The translations under genes were made by a program, and so were the position numbers. Positions 24,416 through 38,048 of a stretch of DNA of 64,000 nt are shown piece after piece (position 1 is the stretch's first letter; each line of letters begins with the position of its first letter). Origin of the DNA: Bugula neritina (lineage: Eukaryota > Animalia > Bryozoa); assembly GCA_964035545.1 (NCBI GenBank), contig OZ037773.1:897751-961750 (forward strand), written 5' to 3'. The notes under the pieces were generated by a model that saw nothing but the letters and a program-made list of their open reading frames with translations, did not search any database and was not told the origin of the DNA.

Positions 24416-25252
24416 GTCTTGTATCCTTATCCATGGAAACGGGCTCGATGCCAGTAAATTCTGAACTATTTCACCAGATTGAATCAGAATTACTGGGAAC
24501 CACGTTTCACGTGAATGACGATGAAAACACTGTAATGGCCGACGGTCTGTTAGACCTGGAGCTAGACACTGTTCTTGGCCAGTCCACACATGATTCACTG
24601 GTTCCTCGAGCGCATTCTAAAAGTTGTGACTCTCAGGCTAGTAACAGTCGACAGTCACTAGAATTATGTTGTAAAGATCCACCGCGATCTAACAATAATT
24701 CTACTTTTGTAGACACACTCACGCCCGTCTCTCCGGGCATGCCTTCTCTAGAGATGGCGTGGGACCCAGAGCCGGCCCCACCCACTTCCACAACCAGACA
24801 ACTACCACCCCAGTTGGAAGCAACCTCTAACTGGACTACCCCTGCCACAGAGAGAGAGATTAAGACTCATAGAGGAGATGACAGTAACCGCGAATGCCGC
24901 CTATGTCAGCAGCGGTTTACAACCCATCGTAGACTGAGAGTCCACTTGCCACAGCATTACATCACAACGTTCTGCCCCTGCGGAGAATATAGTTACAATC
25001 GTGATTATCTACTGCGTCACCAACGCACTATGCAGTGCTTTCAAGGACACGTCTATGAAGTAGACAAATCATCATATCCCGCATTCCGTAACGCCATCAG
25101 ACCCCTCATCACCGACTCGGCTCGGCTGTCTCGCCTGGAGCAAGGCTTTCCCTCCCCTCGACCCATCATCCCTGAAACCATGGATAAGCCTACAAAATCA
25201 GCTAACTTCCCACCTCTCAGTCCTATACGCCAACCGCATGCACTCCCCCGTC
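24377..25252 (+). CDS. ORF3 of D (mini-exon 24377-24401, intron 24402-24712), both zinc fingers intact, C-terminus lost
   Basis: CRLCQQRFTTHRRLRVHLPQH and FCPCGEYSYNRDYLLRHQRTMQC; splice signals as in A, B and E. Confidence 0.8.
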
Positions 25253-27605
25253 ATTGTCCTACCAGCAGACAGTTCATATCAATAAGGTGAATAGATGAAT
25301 AGACACATTGCCGTTTGGTATTGCAACAGCTTGACTTTACTGCTTATAATTTGGATTACATAATCCTCAATGACTAAGATCATAAATACTTTCAATTCAT
25401 AACTCTGCTGTCTAGAAACCAGAGTTTGACGACCTGCAGTAATATAGTTATATTGGTGAGTGTGGTGTATGTGTGGCTTGAATGAAAATGAAAAGTATAA
25501 ACGGGAGTGTGTATGAGAGAACGAGAGGAAAGAGAGAGGAGAGATAGAGTGAATGAAGAGATTGAAGATTGTGCAGAATGCATTAAGCTATATGAGCGAG
25601 TGCTAGCCCACTTGAGACTTGACAATACCCCTACAAACAAATACCTCTACAGACTGATGGGAGCTAGAGTCACCTCGCAGCCAAGCCAAGCGACCTGTGC
25701 CTGTATGCTGGACTCGAGCTCACCTGAAGGCTACAACCCAATTATATTATTCGGTGAGATGCAATAGCTGAAAACTCCATATCCCGATATAACATGATGA
25801 TCCGATTTAAGGTTTGACTGCATTAAAATTCCCAAGTATGTTGTTGAGTCTCCTTAATTTATCTTTACTTTACCTAGCTTGTACAGGGGTTTGTAATTTC
25901 GATAGGAATACAAAATTGAATATGAATAACTATACCTAACTATAACTATAACTATAAGTCAATAACTATTAGCACTACTACTGGAATTGTGATTGTATTT
26001 ATAATAATTATCACCATCACAATCAATATTATTACCACAATGAACATCTTAATCAAAAATATAACATCATTACTACAGTTTTAGTTTATTATTATCTCAG
26101 TTGGGGTAGCACTTCCGCAGCAACTGAAATGCCTATAGAGAGGGAAGCCTCTTGTGACAACTTATATTAATATTACACCAGAGTTAGCACTTGTAGTTGT
26201 ACTTGTTACATTTACAGCAATTGCTGTTTGATCAGTAATCATAATGAGTAATTGCAATCAGTTATTCATATGTCATATATGATATAATGATTCATTACTA
26301 TTCAAATGGTGATCATAATATTAATCATAATGACAATCATAATGGATAATAAATATAAACTTCAATATGATAATGATTGAAATTTAAATGTGAAATTCAA
26401 AAAGAAAATGAAAATCAAATAATATCATTATTAAATTTAAATCAAAATGTCATTTGTCCTTGAAATTGAATTTGACGAAAAATATTTAAACTCATATTCA
26501 AATTTAAAGTAGTAATAAATTTGTATACGTTTACGTATTTTATGACAGCTTCCACGCACTACTTTACTAGTGCAACACACCAATCGACAACTAAACATAG
26601 TCACTAACTGTAAAGTGAGCACTTAACATAATTAATTAAAGTAGTAAAAATAGCATAGTGTAATGAATACCTGATAGTTGATCGAGAATTCAGTGTTGCG
26701 TTTAGTATAACGTTTCATTTAAATAAGATTGATTCCCGCCTACGCAACGACTGCTAGTTGTATTAATTAGATAGCAGCACGCCCTCGCCCATTGGCTGTG
26801 GTTTTACGCTTTGGTAGCCCGGATGTTCGTTGCAGACTGAACCTACAGCTAGTAGAATAGTAGCGCTCTAGCAATGCAAGTTTCATCGCATCAATAACAA
26901 TCAAATTTAACATGATATAATTATTAAAATGTAAATCAATTTGAATTGTGCATCAACAGCACACGCGAATCTGCTTCTTCTAGCTCACTGTCACACGGTG
27001 CAACTGCTGTAACCAATCACATTACTCTCAGACTGTGTCAGAGCCAGTCTTATTGCACTTACCATTACATCAACAAACAAATTTCTGGATACAAATACAT
27101 AATAGAGCATCAACCAATTAAATTAAGAGCTACAACTAGAAAGAGCTGAAAAGTTGACTTTAAAAATATCAGCACCACTGTCAGATCAGAGAATATACAA
27201 TATTTTATATTTTTGCAGAGTAGATACTGCACAGTAACTTGATGTATTTGCACCTTACAGAATGATATGCTAATAGTAATGGTGATTATGATTGGAACTA
27301 ATGGTTTGAATATATATATGTATAGCTTGAAAGTTTGTAGTAAAGTAGTGGAGAAGAAATTCAAACTTCATCATGGCCTTGCAAAATAATTCACTAGGTC
27401 ATACTCCATCATGGCCTTGTAAAAATATTTACCAGGTAGATACAACTGGTTTTTTCTAGCTAGAAAATGATTATTTTATTGATGAAAATAGAAGTGTTGA
27501 AACAGTTACATCCTCATGAAGACAGACATCAAGACTGAAACTATTTGCTAATGTAAACAATAGAAATGCCAAATAGTCTCATTACTATGAAGCTTGCAAA
27601 GATTG

Positions 27606-27974
27606 TGGTTGCGTTCCAGCATTTTCAGTCTCCATCTTGGATGCACTATCCCACTGCTGCCACCACTGTTATGTTTTCCAGAATTAGGGTTGATATGCAA
27701 TCCAGAGAGTCTAATTACTTGCTATAGAACTGCACCAGGATAAGTCGAGTGAACGAGTATATATTTTAAACACAATAATACATTACAAAAACGATACAAA
27801 TACATTTGACAATTCTAAACATCTAGGCTATTCAGCACTCTAACTTCGACTAACTAACAGCGGGAAAACTAATACTGCTGCTAACTATCAAAACCGCTAA
27901 TTGGCTATCACTTGTTCCGGGTCAATTACGCGACCCTGTATACTGTGCTGCTGGTAGCTCCACGAGCCACCACA
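27606..27974 (-). mobile_element. 5' fragment of a B/D-family Gypsy element: LTR 27667-27974, PBS, and the first ~10 gag codons
   Basis: LTR homologous to B/D, PBS tggtggcagcagtgggat, METENAGTQP. Confidence 0.88.
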
Positions 27975-28576
27975 CCTAACCGAATTCTGCTACAATTTCT
28001 GCTGCCAGTTTTCGTTAGCCAGTTTTCATCAGTTATTGCCGGTATCCTTAAATTTTAAACCACCGCCAAGAAGATCCAGCATGAAAGGAGATGCCAAATC
28101 TTTGAAAATCTTTGTTGATATTATGAAGAAGATAAAAGCAAATGAAGATAATGAAGACAGTTGCAGCACAGAAAATACAGCAGTAGTAGCAGCAGTAACA
28201 ATAATATTAATGTTAGAAGGAATATCTAGAAAATTGACTAGTTGACACACATATCAGTAATATAGACTGGTTGCAGTGAGTAACTTTACAATTTTATGTT
28301 GAGGATATATTGACCTCTTTTTATTATTATTCTATTTGAACTAATAATGATGATGATGAACTCTTTATTTGATAAATTAATAATACAAGAAAAAATAAAA
28401 TACTTCTATTTGCAGGCAAAGATGAAAGTTAATATTTTCGAATGTATAAAAATACAATCTACAGTATATTTGCTTTCTGTATAACAGTTTTTTAAATATT
28501 ATAAGGTACATATAATATTATTAAATACAGTGTGATACTTGAAAATATAAATTGTATACGAGTATTATATTGAGTA

Positions 28577-30290
28577 CCGTAAAATGGGGTAACATTGGCC
28601 GTTTTGAGACATATTTTGGGTGTCATATGAAAGGATTACAATAATCTTTAAAATTTTTGGATGCTAAATGAAGCTTATCAACATATGCACTAAATGAAAG
28701 AACCACTTGCAGTTTGGGACTGCTAGATCTCCTGTGGTATTAAAAAAAGTAGGTGGCCAAAGTTACCCTATTTTCGGGGTAACTTTGGCCGGTGTCGTTA
28801 TTCTCCATGTAGCTAAAGTTAGCAGCACATGGAGCTTTTTTAGCCAGTTAGAAATTAAAGAACAACATTATTCAACTCCATTACTACCAAAAAAAATTAT
28901 TTTAGACAAAATGCAAGCTATAATAGTGTAATTATTGCATGGAAACCACAGCTATTCGAGGTACATTGTTATTAAGTGTAAAAATTTTTGTATATGTATA
29001 AAAAATCATGTATTTTGCTGGCAACATTGAATTATTCACTGTACAAGTTCAAATTTCATTGAATTTAATCTAAAATTCAAGTATGCCCTTTCAAACTATA
29101 GGCTGTGGCAGTTGTATGTAGATTTTTTAAATAATGCGTAATGTCTTCAGAATTAAGTGTTGCCCATTCCGGTGCTATGTTTTGGCACAACCTGTGAGAC
29201 AAGCTATCTTTATGTCTTGACATAAAACTGAGACTCCAGTGATCTTGAGGGTAGTTGCTTTTGAAATGTTGCACTCTTCTCACATTTGTCAAAATAGGTC
29301 TTGACTATTATTCGAAAGTCTGTTTTATCTAATGGAAAGCCCCATTGAGCCAGCTTTGTAGTATGGTCAACAATGGCTACCTCCTCTACTTGTGTTAACA
29401 CAGGTTGGCGTCCAGGCTTCAGCTTGTGTCTTCATGCGGCTCTGTTTTGTAGTGTTCCTTTGGTAATATCATATTTCTAGCCACTTCTTGTCAAGACTTT
29501 CCAGCTGCCAATTCTTGTGAATAAAGCAAAACCAATGATCTCTTCAGATATACCATATCTTGGAGATGTTACTTTTCTTTAATATTCTCTGAGTATAATT
29601 GTCCTGAAAAATACATTTTACAATGCATGGTTAAACTCTTATATATAAAAAAAACATTCAAACACAAAATTGCTGTCTGGGAACAAAAATGCATAATTCC
29701 CCATGTAATTATTTCATATTTTGGACTCTAAGTTGTTTCAAATATATAACTAAAGCATTGGGTATAGGTGAATCAAATGATTGTGCCTTTAGAGAGTAAT
29801 GTACTATGTGTCTGAAGTAACAGAAAATTGGCAGCGCTGCCAGAAACCTACTTTGGAGTACCATTTAGTCATGGCCAAAGTTACCCCAAATTCGTCAAAA
29901 ATTGTACACAGTGAATTTAAGACACATATTTTAATTTTGGATTTCAATTTATTTACCTAAATTACAAATATCCTGGTTGAATACTTACCAAAGTTCTTTA
30001 ATCCAAAAAAGAAAATGAGTCGAGCTTTTCTAATGCCTTCAAATAGATTAAAGTTGGACAGCGCTGAAAATCTTGTTGTCAAACAGGAAATTGAAAATGG
30101 CTGACAGTAAGAAGCAGCAAATAAGTATATCAATTATTTTTCAGGAATAGGATGCACCAATCTGCAGTCAGTGCATATATACAATTAAAATATCTTTAGA
30201 CTTCATAGATATAGCACCAGCTACATTTTAAACATTTTTTCCAAAGTGGCCAAAGTTACCCCAAGTGGCTAAAGTTACCCCATTTTACGG
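28577..30290 (-). mobile_element. pogo/Tigger-like DNA transposon, internally deleted and non-autonomous
   Basis: TIRs CCGTAAAATGGGGTAAC.T.GCC at both ends, TA TSD, repeated GGCCAAAGTTACCCC motifs, decayed HTH/CENP-B-like coding (GRQPVLTQVEE..WGFPL..W..FMSRH). No DDE domain visible. Confidence 0.88.
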
Positions 30291-31590
30291 TACATGAGAG
30301 TTATAGCCTGGCCTTGATGGTCATCTGCTCTGGGTAATTAGAACAACAGTCTTCTAGTGAAGTTCAAGAAGGAAATGATTGATTTCCAGTTATCCATGGA
30401 GGGGTTAGTATGAGCTCTGGTGACATCATAGTGTAGTGAATTTACAGTTCACTATAAATTGTGAGTCCACTTATGCAAGGCCTTTCACCAGATTTCATAC
30501 AATTTGAATAGCCTTTATTATTGCGATAATTCACTCTGCCGCTACTGTTAACACTAGTCTGCACGATTACATAATAATAGAGTAACTTACACACAACTTT
30601 ACAGTATTAGAACTCGATTCACTCTGCTGGCTACGCTGCCTAACTAGCTTCCACTACACATTTGTAGCCCCGCCTACTAATTAATTGTTAGCCACATCTC
30701 ATTGGTCAACACGATGGTGCCATCCTGATGACACGATGTTGGCTGCATCATGTAACTGTCCGGGTGAGAAGTATCCTTTCGATATAACTAATGCATTACT
30801 AAAAACTATTACAATAGTCCGCACACAAGTACATGTAGTGATATTGTTGTAATTTGCACAATTACTATGCGTGGGTTTTTGCTTGCGTATTCAGTATGCT
30901 TTCTAACTAGTAATTACAAGGGTAGTAGCCAAATAATAATCTTTATTATCCACAATCAACACAGTATAAAACATTACATCAAATTACAGCAATACAATAG
31001 CCATCTAACTATGTGCATACACTTCGAGTTCTCGCTCACAACAACGTGATAATTGCTAACTACTCGGGAACTGTCACTGGGTCGGAAATTCACCTTCCAG
31101 TTCTTCTTTTTGGATAATACATTGGGGGCTTTTAGTATTCCCCGAACGGAGAGGAGATGATTCTACATTATGATACTGCGTGACCCACTACACCACCCCC
31201 ATCAGCAGAAAGCCCTACTTTCTGATAACACAAAAAACACACAAAAAAACAGTATAATAATATTGTAATGGGGCGTGGCTTACGCCTCACGCGTATCCCC
31301 CTGCCAATCAGAGAGTGATTGGCAACTATTGGATGAAGCCAAGCAGAACAATTGATTAGTTAGTTAGCGTATACTTGCCGTGATGTAAAGTAGCCTTGTG
31401 ATAATACTTATAGAGATTTTCACGCCATTTTTTATAGTTTATAATAAAGTCTTACGCACGAAACTATCAGTGAATTGCTTGTGACTAAATGCAGATTGCT
31501 CACTAGAAGCCCACATAAACATTGTGCTTTGCACAACAGTGGTGGCAGCGGTGGGATTATTCTAGCTGAGACAGTGAAAAGACGGAGAAT

Positions 31591-32385
31591 ATGACAGAGC
31601 ACACAACGAAGCACCCGGGAGGTAAGCCAGCCAATTTCTTGCATATGGAGGAGGTGTACAGAGATAAACTGACCGCTCCCACCTTCACGGGTGTAGAAGA
31701 TGTAGAGCAATTCATTGAAGAATTCCACGATGTAGCAAATGTCGCTCAATGGCCGCCACAAGTAGCCCTCCTCAAGCTGCGGGAAGTATTGACGGAGCGC
31801 GCTAGACCGTTTGGACAGGGACGGAGCGTGGCGGAAATATTCACTACACTACGGAGCCATTTTGGCACCCCCACTCTGGAACCCAGAGCCCGTCTACAAG
31901 TGCTACACCAGGCGGAAGGCACTCCGCTCCGCAACCACGTTGCCTTAGTGAAGAGGCTGGCGCGGAGCGCGTACAGCGACCTGCCAGAAGCACACCGACG
32001 GAACTTTACTCTCATTGACTTTATGCAATCCCTAAAAGATGTGGGTCTTTGCCATCAACTACAGGCAAAGGGAGTGACCACTCTAGAAAGTGCCCTACAA
32101 GTCGGAGAAGACTACCTCCAGGCCGAACAGTTACATACAGGGAAACCAAAAAGCACACAAGTCACCGCGGAGATAGCCCAATCACTCGGAGGGAAGATGG
32201 GCCAGCTGAGCACCAGGCTAAAACAGATGGCGAAGACTCTTACCAATGGCGGGCCCCCTAGCCGAGGACAACAGGGAGAGACCTCGGGGAAGACTACGCA
32301 GAGTAAGAGCAACAACAAGCCAGGGCCTCCCCGCTCCAGAGACCCCCAACCCAGAAAGAGGCCCCACGAGCAAAAGAGAGAATAA
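31591..32385 (+). CDS. gag: gag of E
   Basis: 264-aa ORF (LTAPTFTGVEDVEQFIEEF), homologous to B/D gag. Confidence 0.88.
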   Translation: MTEHTTKHPGGKPANFLHMEEVYRDKLTAPTFTGVEDVEQFIEEFHDVANVAQWPPQVALLKLREVLTERARPFGQGRSVAEIFTTLRSHFGTPTLEPRARLQVLHQAEGTPLRNHVALVKRLARSAYSDLPEAHRRNFTLIDFMQSLKDVGLCHQLQAKGVTTLESALQVGEDYLQAEQLHTGKPKSTQVTAEIAQSLGGKMGQLSTRLKQMAKTLTNGGPPSRGQQGETSGKTTQSKSNNKPGPPRSRDPQPRKRPHEQKRE

Positions 32386-35300
32386 CCCCAGGTATGGCAG
32401 ATACCACGACGGACCACCCGCCCTATCGGGCGACAGGAGCCGTTCGTGTTACCACTCACCAACCGCTTTAGCCAGCTACCGGAGACGGAGCTGGCCGGCG
32501 AGGTCCCTCGGGACATCGGAGGGGAACTAAACACCCCTCCGCCGAAGAAGCGGTGCCCGCATACTACCAAACGGACACCACACCGTTTGACCGAGGCTAC
32601 GCATGCTGGGGAAGTAAGGTTGCAGCCACACGGAGAAAGCTACTTCCTGCCCAGGAAGGTAGCCGGCAAGGCCGTCCCGTTCTTGCTGGACTCTGGTTGC
32701 AACACGAACCTCCTCAGCAGACGAGTCTTCGATGCCCTCCCTGCCCAGGTGAGGAAGGGGTTAGCTCCCTACACTGGGGAACCTGGCACCCTCGCAGACG
32801 GGTCGTGTATCCTTTTCTACGGTGTTGTGGAGCTGCCTGGTCGCGTCCGCGACCAGGCCATCCAGGAAACATTTATCCTCAGCCAGCTGGAAGAGGACGC
32901 TATCCTGGGGACGCCGTTCTCGAAGCGACACCAGTGCGACATGGACTTCCATAAGTCCGCCATACTAATGGCAGGCCGGGAGCTTTCCTGTGTCGACAAG
33001 TTCGGTCGCCCCCTGGTCGGGGCCGTGCAGGTGGTCCGTAACTGTACGGTACCCGGCCGCTCCCGGGCGACCATTCACTGCAGAGTGAATGACCGCCAGC
33101 TCTCTGGATTAAGGGTTGTCGAAGGAACGCACCAGAGAATCCAGCTCGCCAGCAGCTTAAATCGGCTGACTGACCGGGGGGAGATCTTGGTGCAGTGCGT
33201 CAATCCCTTTTCAGAGTCGGTGACACTACCGTCTGGATCTCTATTGGGCCGTTTCCACACGGTCCAAGAAGGAGACATAGTACCGTCGCTGGGCGAAGCG
33301 ACGGAGGGTCCCCAAGAGCGCCCGTTTTTACGGCGGGGGCTCCGTCCCGGAACACGTCCAAGAACTATACAAGTCAGCCTGTAAAGGCTGTGCGGGCAAC
33401 AAGGAGCGCCAGGCTATGGCCCAGTTGCTGCGCCAGTATGGGGACGTGTTCAGCAGCGGAGACCAGGACGTGGGCTTAACTAAAGCCGTCCGTCATGAGA
33501 TACCGCTAGCTGCCGGGACTTTGCCTATCCGCCAACCCACCCGGAGACTGGAGCCAGAGAAGGAGAAGGAGGTCAGCCGACGAGTCCGGGATCTTCTGGA
33601 CCAGGGCCTCATAGAGCCTGCACATAGTGCGTGGAGCTCGCCGGTCGTCCTGGTCCGGAACAAAGACGGCAGTTGGCGGTTCTGTGTGGATTACCGCAAA
33701 CTTAACAGCGTAATCATACAGGACGCCTACCCTCTACCTCGGATCGATGAATCCCTGGACGCCTTAGCCGGCAGCAAGTACTTCAGTACTTTAGACTTGC
33801 TGAGCGGTTACTGGCAGGTCCCCTCAGTCCCGACGCCCAGGAGAAAGCGGCGTTCATTACTAGAGACGGGCTGTGGAAGTGGAAGGTACTGCCCTTCGGG
33901 TTAACCTCTGCTCCTGCTACCTTCCAGCGGCTCATGGAACAGGTCCTCAATGGCCTCCACTGGAAGACGCTGCTCGTCTACCTCGACGACGTCATCGTGA
34001 TCTCCCCAGACTTCGCGACCCATGTCAGTCGTCTGCGGGAGGTCTTCGAGCAACTCCGAGGTGCCGGTCTCAAGCTTAAACCTTCCAAATGCGCTCTCTT
34101 GCAGCCGGAGGTGAAGTACCTGGGGCACGTAGTCGGCCGTAATGGCGTGGCGACGGACCCCGATAAGGTGCGGGCTGTGGCCGACTGGGTCACCCCCCAG
34201 GATTTGACCGGACTCCGTGCTTTCCTGGGGCTGGTAGGGTATTACAGACAATACATACCAGACTTTGCGGGAGTTGCACAGCCGTTAAATCGGCTCACCG
34301 CAAAGGGGGTGGCCTGGCAGTGGACACCCGTCGAACAGAGGGCATTCGACAGTCTCAAGAGCCGCTTGCTAGGGGCTCCAATTCTGGCCTACCCAGACCC
34401 CGCTCTGGAGTATATCCTTGACACAGACGCCAGTGACCAGAATGTTGGTGCTGTGCTGTCGCAAGTGCAAGAGGGCCGTGAAGTAGTCGTAGCTTACTAC
34501 AGCAAATCACTCTCACCCCCAGAGCGCAATTACTGCACCACTCGCAAGGAGTTGCTGGCAGTAATCAAGTCAGTGAAACACTTCCGGCCGTATCTCTACG
34601 GTAGGCCGTTCCGCTTGCGGACTACCACGCCTCTTTGATCTGGTTATGTAAGAGAGCTGAACCGTCCAGTCAAGTCGCCCGATGGCTTGAAGTCCTGGCC
34701 GAGTTTTCATACCGGATTGAACATCGACCCGGTAGGAAGCACGGCAATGCAGACGGACTGAGCAGGCGGCCGGACGAGGGGTGTAAACAGTGTCACCGCA
34801 TCGAGAAAAGAGATGGGGGTCCCCCAAGATCCGAGTTGGCGACACTGGACCACCCTGAAGTGAGTTACGACTGGGACCAAGGTCGACTCCGACCAAGGAG
34901 CCCCAACCCACCGGAGGCTGTCAACAATCTCCGCGCCAACCCTGTCTTGGCTCGCAATGTCAGAGAGCTACAGAAACTCCAAGAGGACCTCCCTGGGGTG
35001 GTAGCTGACATATATCGAGCCAAACGGGAAGGGCGACGACCCAGTGAAGAACAGCTACGGCAAGGGTGCGCCGAATTACGGCTGTACTGCCAACGCTGGG
35101 ACTCTCTGCGGATCGGGCCGGACGGTCTGCTGACCATCACCGTGGCCACCGACCAGGGACACCCTGGTCGAGAAAGGGTGATCTGCCCAGCCGCCATGCG
35201 CCGAGAGCTAGTATGGGACACCCACCGACAGGCTCACGCCGGAGTTCGGAGGGTGCTTACCAAGCTAAGGCTTCGGTGGTATTGGCCCAACATGGAGCAT

Positions 35301-36884
35301 GATGTCCCCCTAAGGATCAAGCAATGCGAAGTCTGCCAGGCCAGCAAGTATGGCCATCTCCCTAGGGAGGCGGGACGGCGTAGGTTCTATGCTGGCAGGC
35401 CCTGGCAGGTGGTAGCTGTTGACCTGGACAGACCCATGCCCCTCACCCCCAGAGGAAACAGCTGGATTCTAGTGCTGACCGACCACTTCATTAGGTGGGC
35501 AGACGCACTGGCTATTCCAGACGCGTCTGCCCCGACAGTGGCCAGTACACTAGACCAGCGTGTATTCTGCTACTTTGGGTTGCCCGAGCAACTACACTCT
35601 GACCAGGGGTCGCAATTCCAGTCTCAACTGATGAGCGACCTCTGCCGCCTCTGGGGAGTAAACCAAAGTAGGACCACTCCATACCACCCTCAAGGTAACG
35701 GAGTGGTCGAACGCAACAACCGGATGCATGGCGACGCACTCCGTAGTCTATTACTCGGCCGAGGCCAGGAGGAATGGGATCTCGTGTTGCCACAGGTTAT
35801 GAGGGCCTATCGCAGTACGCCCCATACCAGCACCGGCGAGACCCCCAACCTCTTGACCCTCGGTCGTGAGACACGAGTGCCCGACCACCTCGCCTATCAC
35901 ATTCCAGAACAAGAATACTCTGTCCATGAGTACGCTGGGGAATTGATAGAGCGTGATAAGCAGTGGCAGGTGCGACAGGAAGACGCTGATGAACCATCCC
36001 TCTACCAGACCGGAGACTGGGTCTGGATGATCAACTACCGTAGGCGTCGAGGACAGGCGGCTAAACTACAGCCTAAGTTTGTAGGACCCTACGTGGTAGT
36101 TGAGGTGATGCCCAATCACACTTACAAGTTGGAGCGGTCTGGACAAATATCTGTCCAGAATGAAGCCCGCTTGAAACCCTATTGGGCTAGCCCAGGTGCG
36201 GCCGGGGGTGCTCCCCCATTGTTAGAGCCCAGGAGGCAGACAGCAATGCGCGGGCGGCGGCGGCATAAACCCAATGATGAGTGGGTCATGCCATGGACAG
36301 AAGACTTGGCAAGGCAAGAGAGGCCACCTCCCCCAACGGGGCCACACCATCTGCCTCCAGAGCCAAGCCGTCCGACCCCAGAGCTACCACCACCACTTCC
36401 GGAAATAAGTGTACTTCCAGAAGTGCAAAACCCCCACATGGGAGGGGCTCCGTCCGGAGAGAACAGAGGGGAAGAAAGGATAACAGCTGACGGGGGGCAG
36501 GAAACACCACCAGTGGAGAATAACAACCCACTGGTGAGTATACCACCTCCCTCACCAGCTACACCACCTTCCCCGGCGTCTACCACTAGTACATCTCCCC
36601 TCCTTGAAAGGGGACAACGTACTAGAAGACCCCCAGCTTATCTTCAAGACTTCGTATGCGACCGCATTACAAGCGGCAGGTATGCAAGTCCAGCTGGGCG
36701 CCGTACGGAAAGGCTGGCAGCAAAGCGTGGGAGTTATGAACACCACGGAAAAACCAAGTTTTGCGAAAACGGAATAGCGAGTGGAATTACCACTCTCCGG
36801 GCACACAATTCCGGTCTCGCACAACAAACACGCTGCCCAGATTTTTCCTACGCCGACGCGGTCAAGAGTAGACGTGCTTTCTAA
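32386..36884 (+). pseudogene. pol: pol of E (PR-RT-RH-IN), about 3 frameshifts
   Basis: FLLDSG, YLDD, LDTDAS, IN core, GPY; ORF pieces 32446-33384, 33416-33904, 33934-34638, 34635-36884. Confidence 0.95.
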
Positions 36885-36914
36885 TCCATCTGCATCCAAG
36901 CTTGAACGTTGAGT

Positions 36915-38048
36915 ATGAGTATAAATACCGAGTTCTCGGGTAAGCTTGCTTAGATCTAACACTCCACTAATGGAAATAGATCTCACCTCAGTCAACTCTG
37001 ATTTAATCGATCTGATTGAATCACAGTTACTGGAGACAGAGTCACACGTGAATGACGACGAGAACATAGTAATGGCGGACGATCTACTAGATCTGGAGCT
37101 TGATACTATGTCTCTCAGTCAGTTTACACGTTCTGACACAGTCTCTCGAGTGCCGTATAAAAAGATGCATGACTCTCAGACTAGTAACAGTCGATTGTCA
37201 TCAGAATTATGCTGTAAAGATCAAACTCGATCTGACAATAATTCTGCTCTTTTAGACGCCACTCGCTCTCCTGACTACGGAGATATGCCACCATTAGAAC
37301 TGGCCTGGAACAGTGAGACACCTCCTACATCCCTACCAGACGTGCTACTCAAACAACATAGCTGGGTCGCACCAGAGACAGAGAAACTGATTCAACTACA
37401 CTGCGGCCATGACGGATACACCACCTGCAGGCTGTGTCAGCAGCACTTCTCCACCCATCGCCGTTTGCGCGTCCACGTACCGCAACACTTCCTAACTACT
37501 CTCTGTCCCTGTGGTGAGTATAGTTACCACAGGGACTACATCCTCAGACATCAGCGCACTATGGACTGCCATGTGGGACACTTGTACGATGTAGACAAAT
37601 ACAACTTCCCCACCTTTCTCAATCTGATCAAACCTTTCATTAAGGATCTCCCCCGCTTCGAACGACTCAAACACGGATTCCCCTCACTTCGCATCATCAC
37701 TCATGGACCGTGTCCAAGACCCCCCCAGACATAAGAAACCTACCAAGCCACCTCACTCTCCTCCCGCACAGACTATACCTCGTCCCTCCGCCCTGCCTCG
37801 AGTCCTATTTCACAGAGTCGAGATACCCCTCCCCCACTTCTATGCAGCCCTCTTCTAAACGCCGATGGAAATCCTCCTCCCCAAAACGGCAGGTCCCTAC
37901 AGCTCGCAATATAAAAGAAGTCGAGCTCCGTATGTATGATTTAGAAGCGGAGATTCAACGGCTAACCCCCAGAGTCGCCGCAGCCGCCTCCGAGATGAAG
38001 ACCTTTAAAGCTTCCGTGGCCCTCCTCAAACGGGGCAACCACGACTGA
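36915..38048 (+). CDS. ORF3 of E (mini-exon 36915-36939, intron 36940-37255), decay frameshifts in C-rich tracts
   Basis: TCGG|GTAAG donor, CTGAC..CTCTTTTAG acceptor, two zinc fingers, PRVLFHRV, SKRRWKSSSPKR, coiled coil IKEVELRMYDLEAEIQRL. Confidence 0.78.

Larger units (their letters stand above)
18639..25252 (+). mobile_element. Gypsy element D (B family), truncated at the 3' end within ORF3; no 3' LTR
   Basis: LTR 18639-18944 similar to the B LTR, PBS 18946-18963, gag, pol, ORF3. Homology stops at ...HALPR (~25252). Confidence 0.95.

Noticed and set aside
25253-25770. ORFs 25507-25767 and 25392-25640 (also 28036-28245, 18166-18381)
   Set aside because: Short, no recognisable motif or consistent splice structure; origin unresolved.
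27667-27974. This LTR as the missing 3' LTR of D or as a solo LTR
   Set aside because: Opposite orientation, diverged from the D LTR, and carries its own PBS and gag start.
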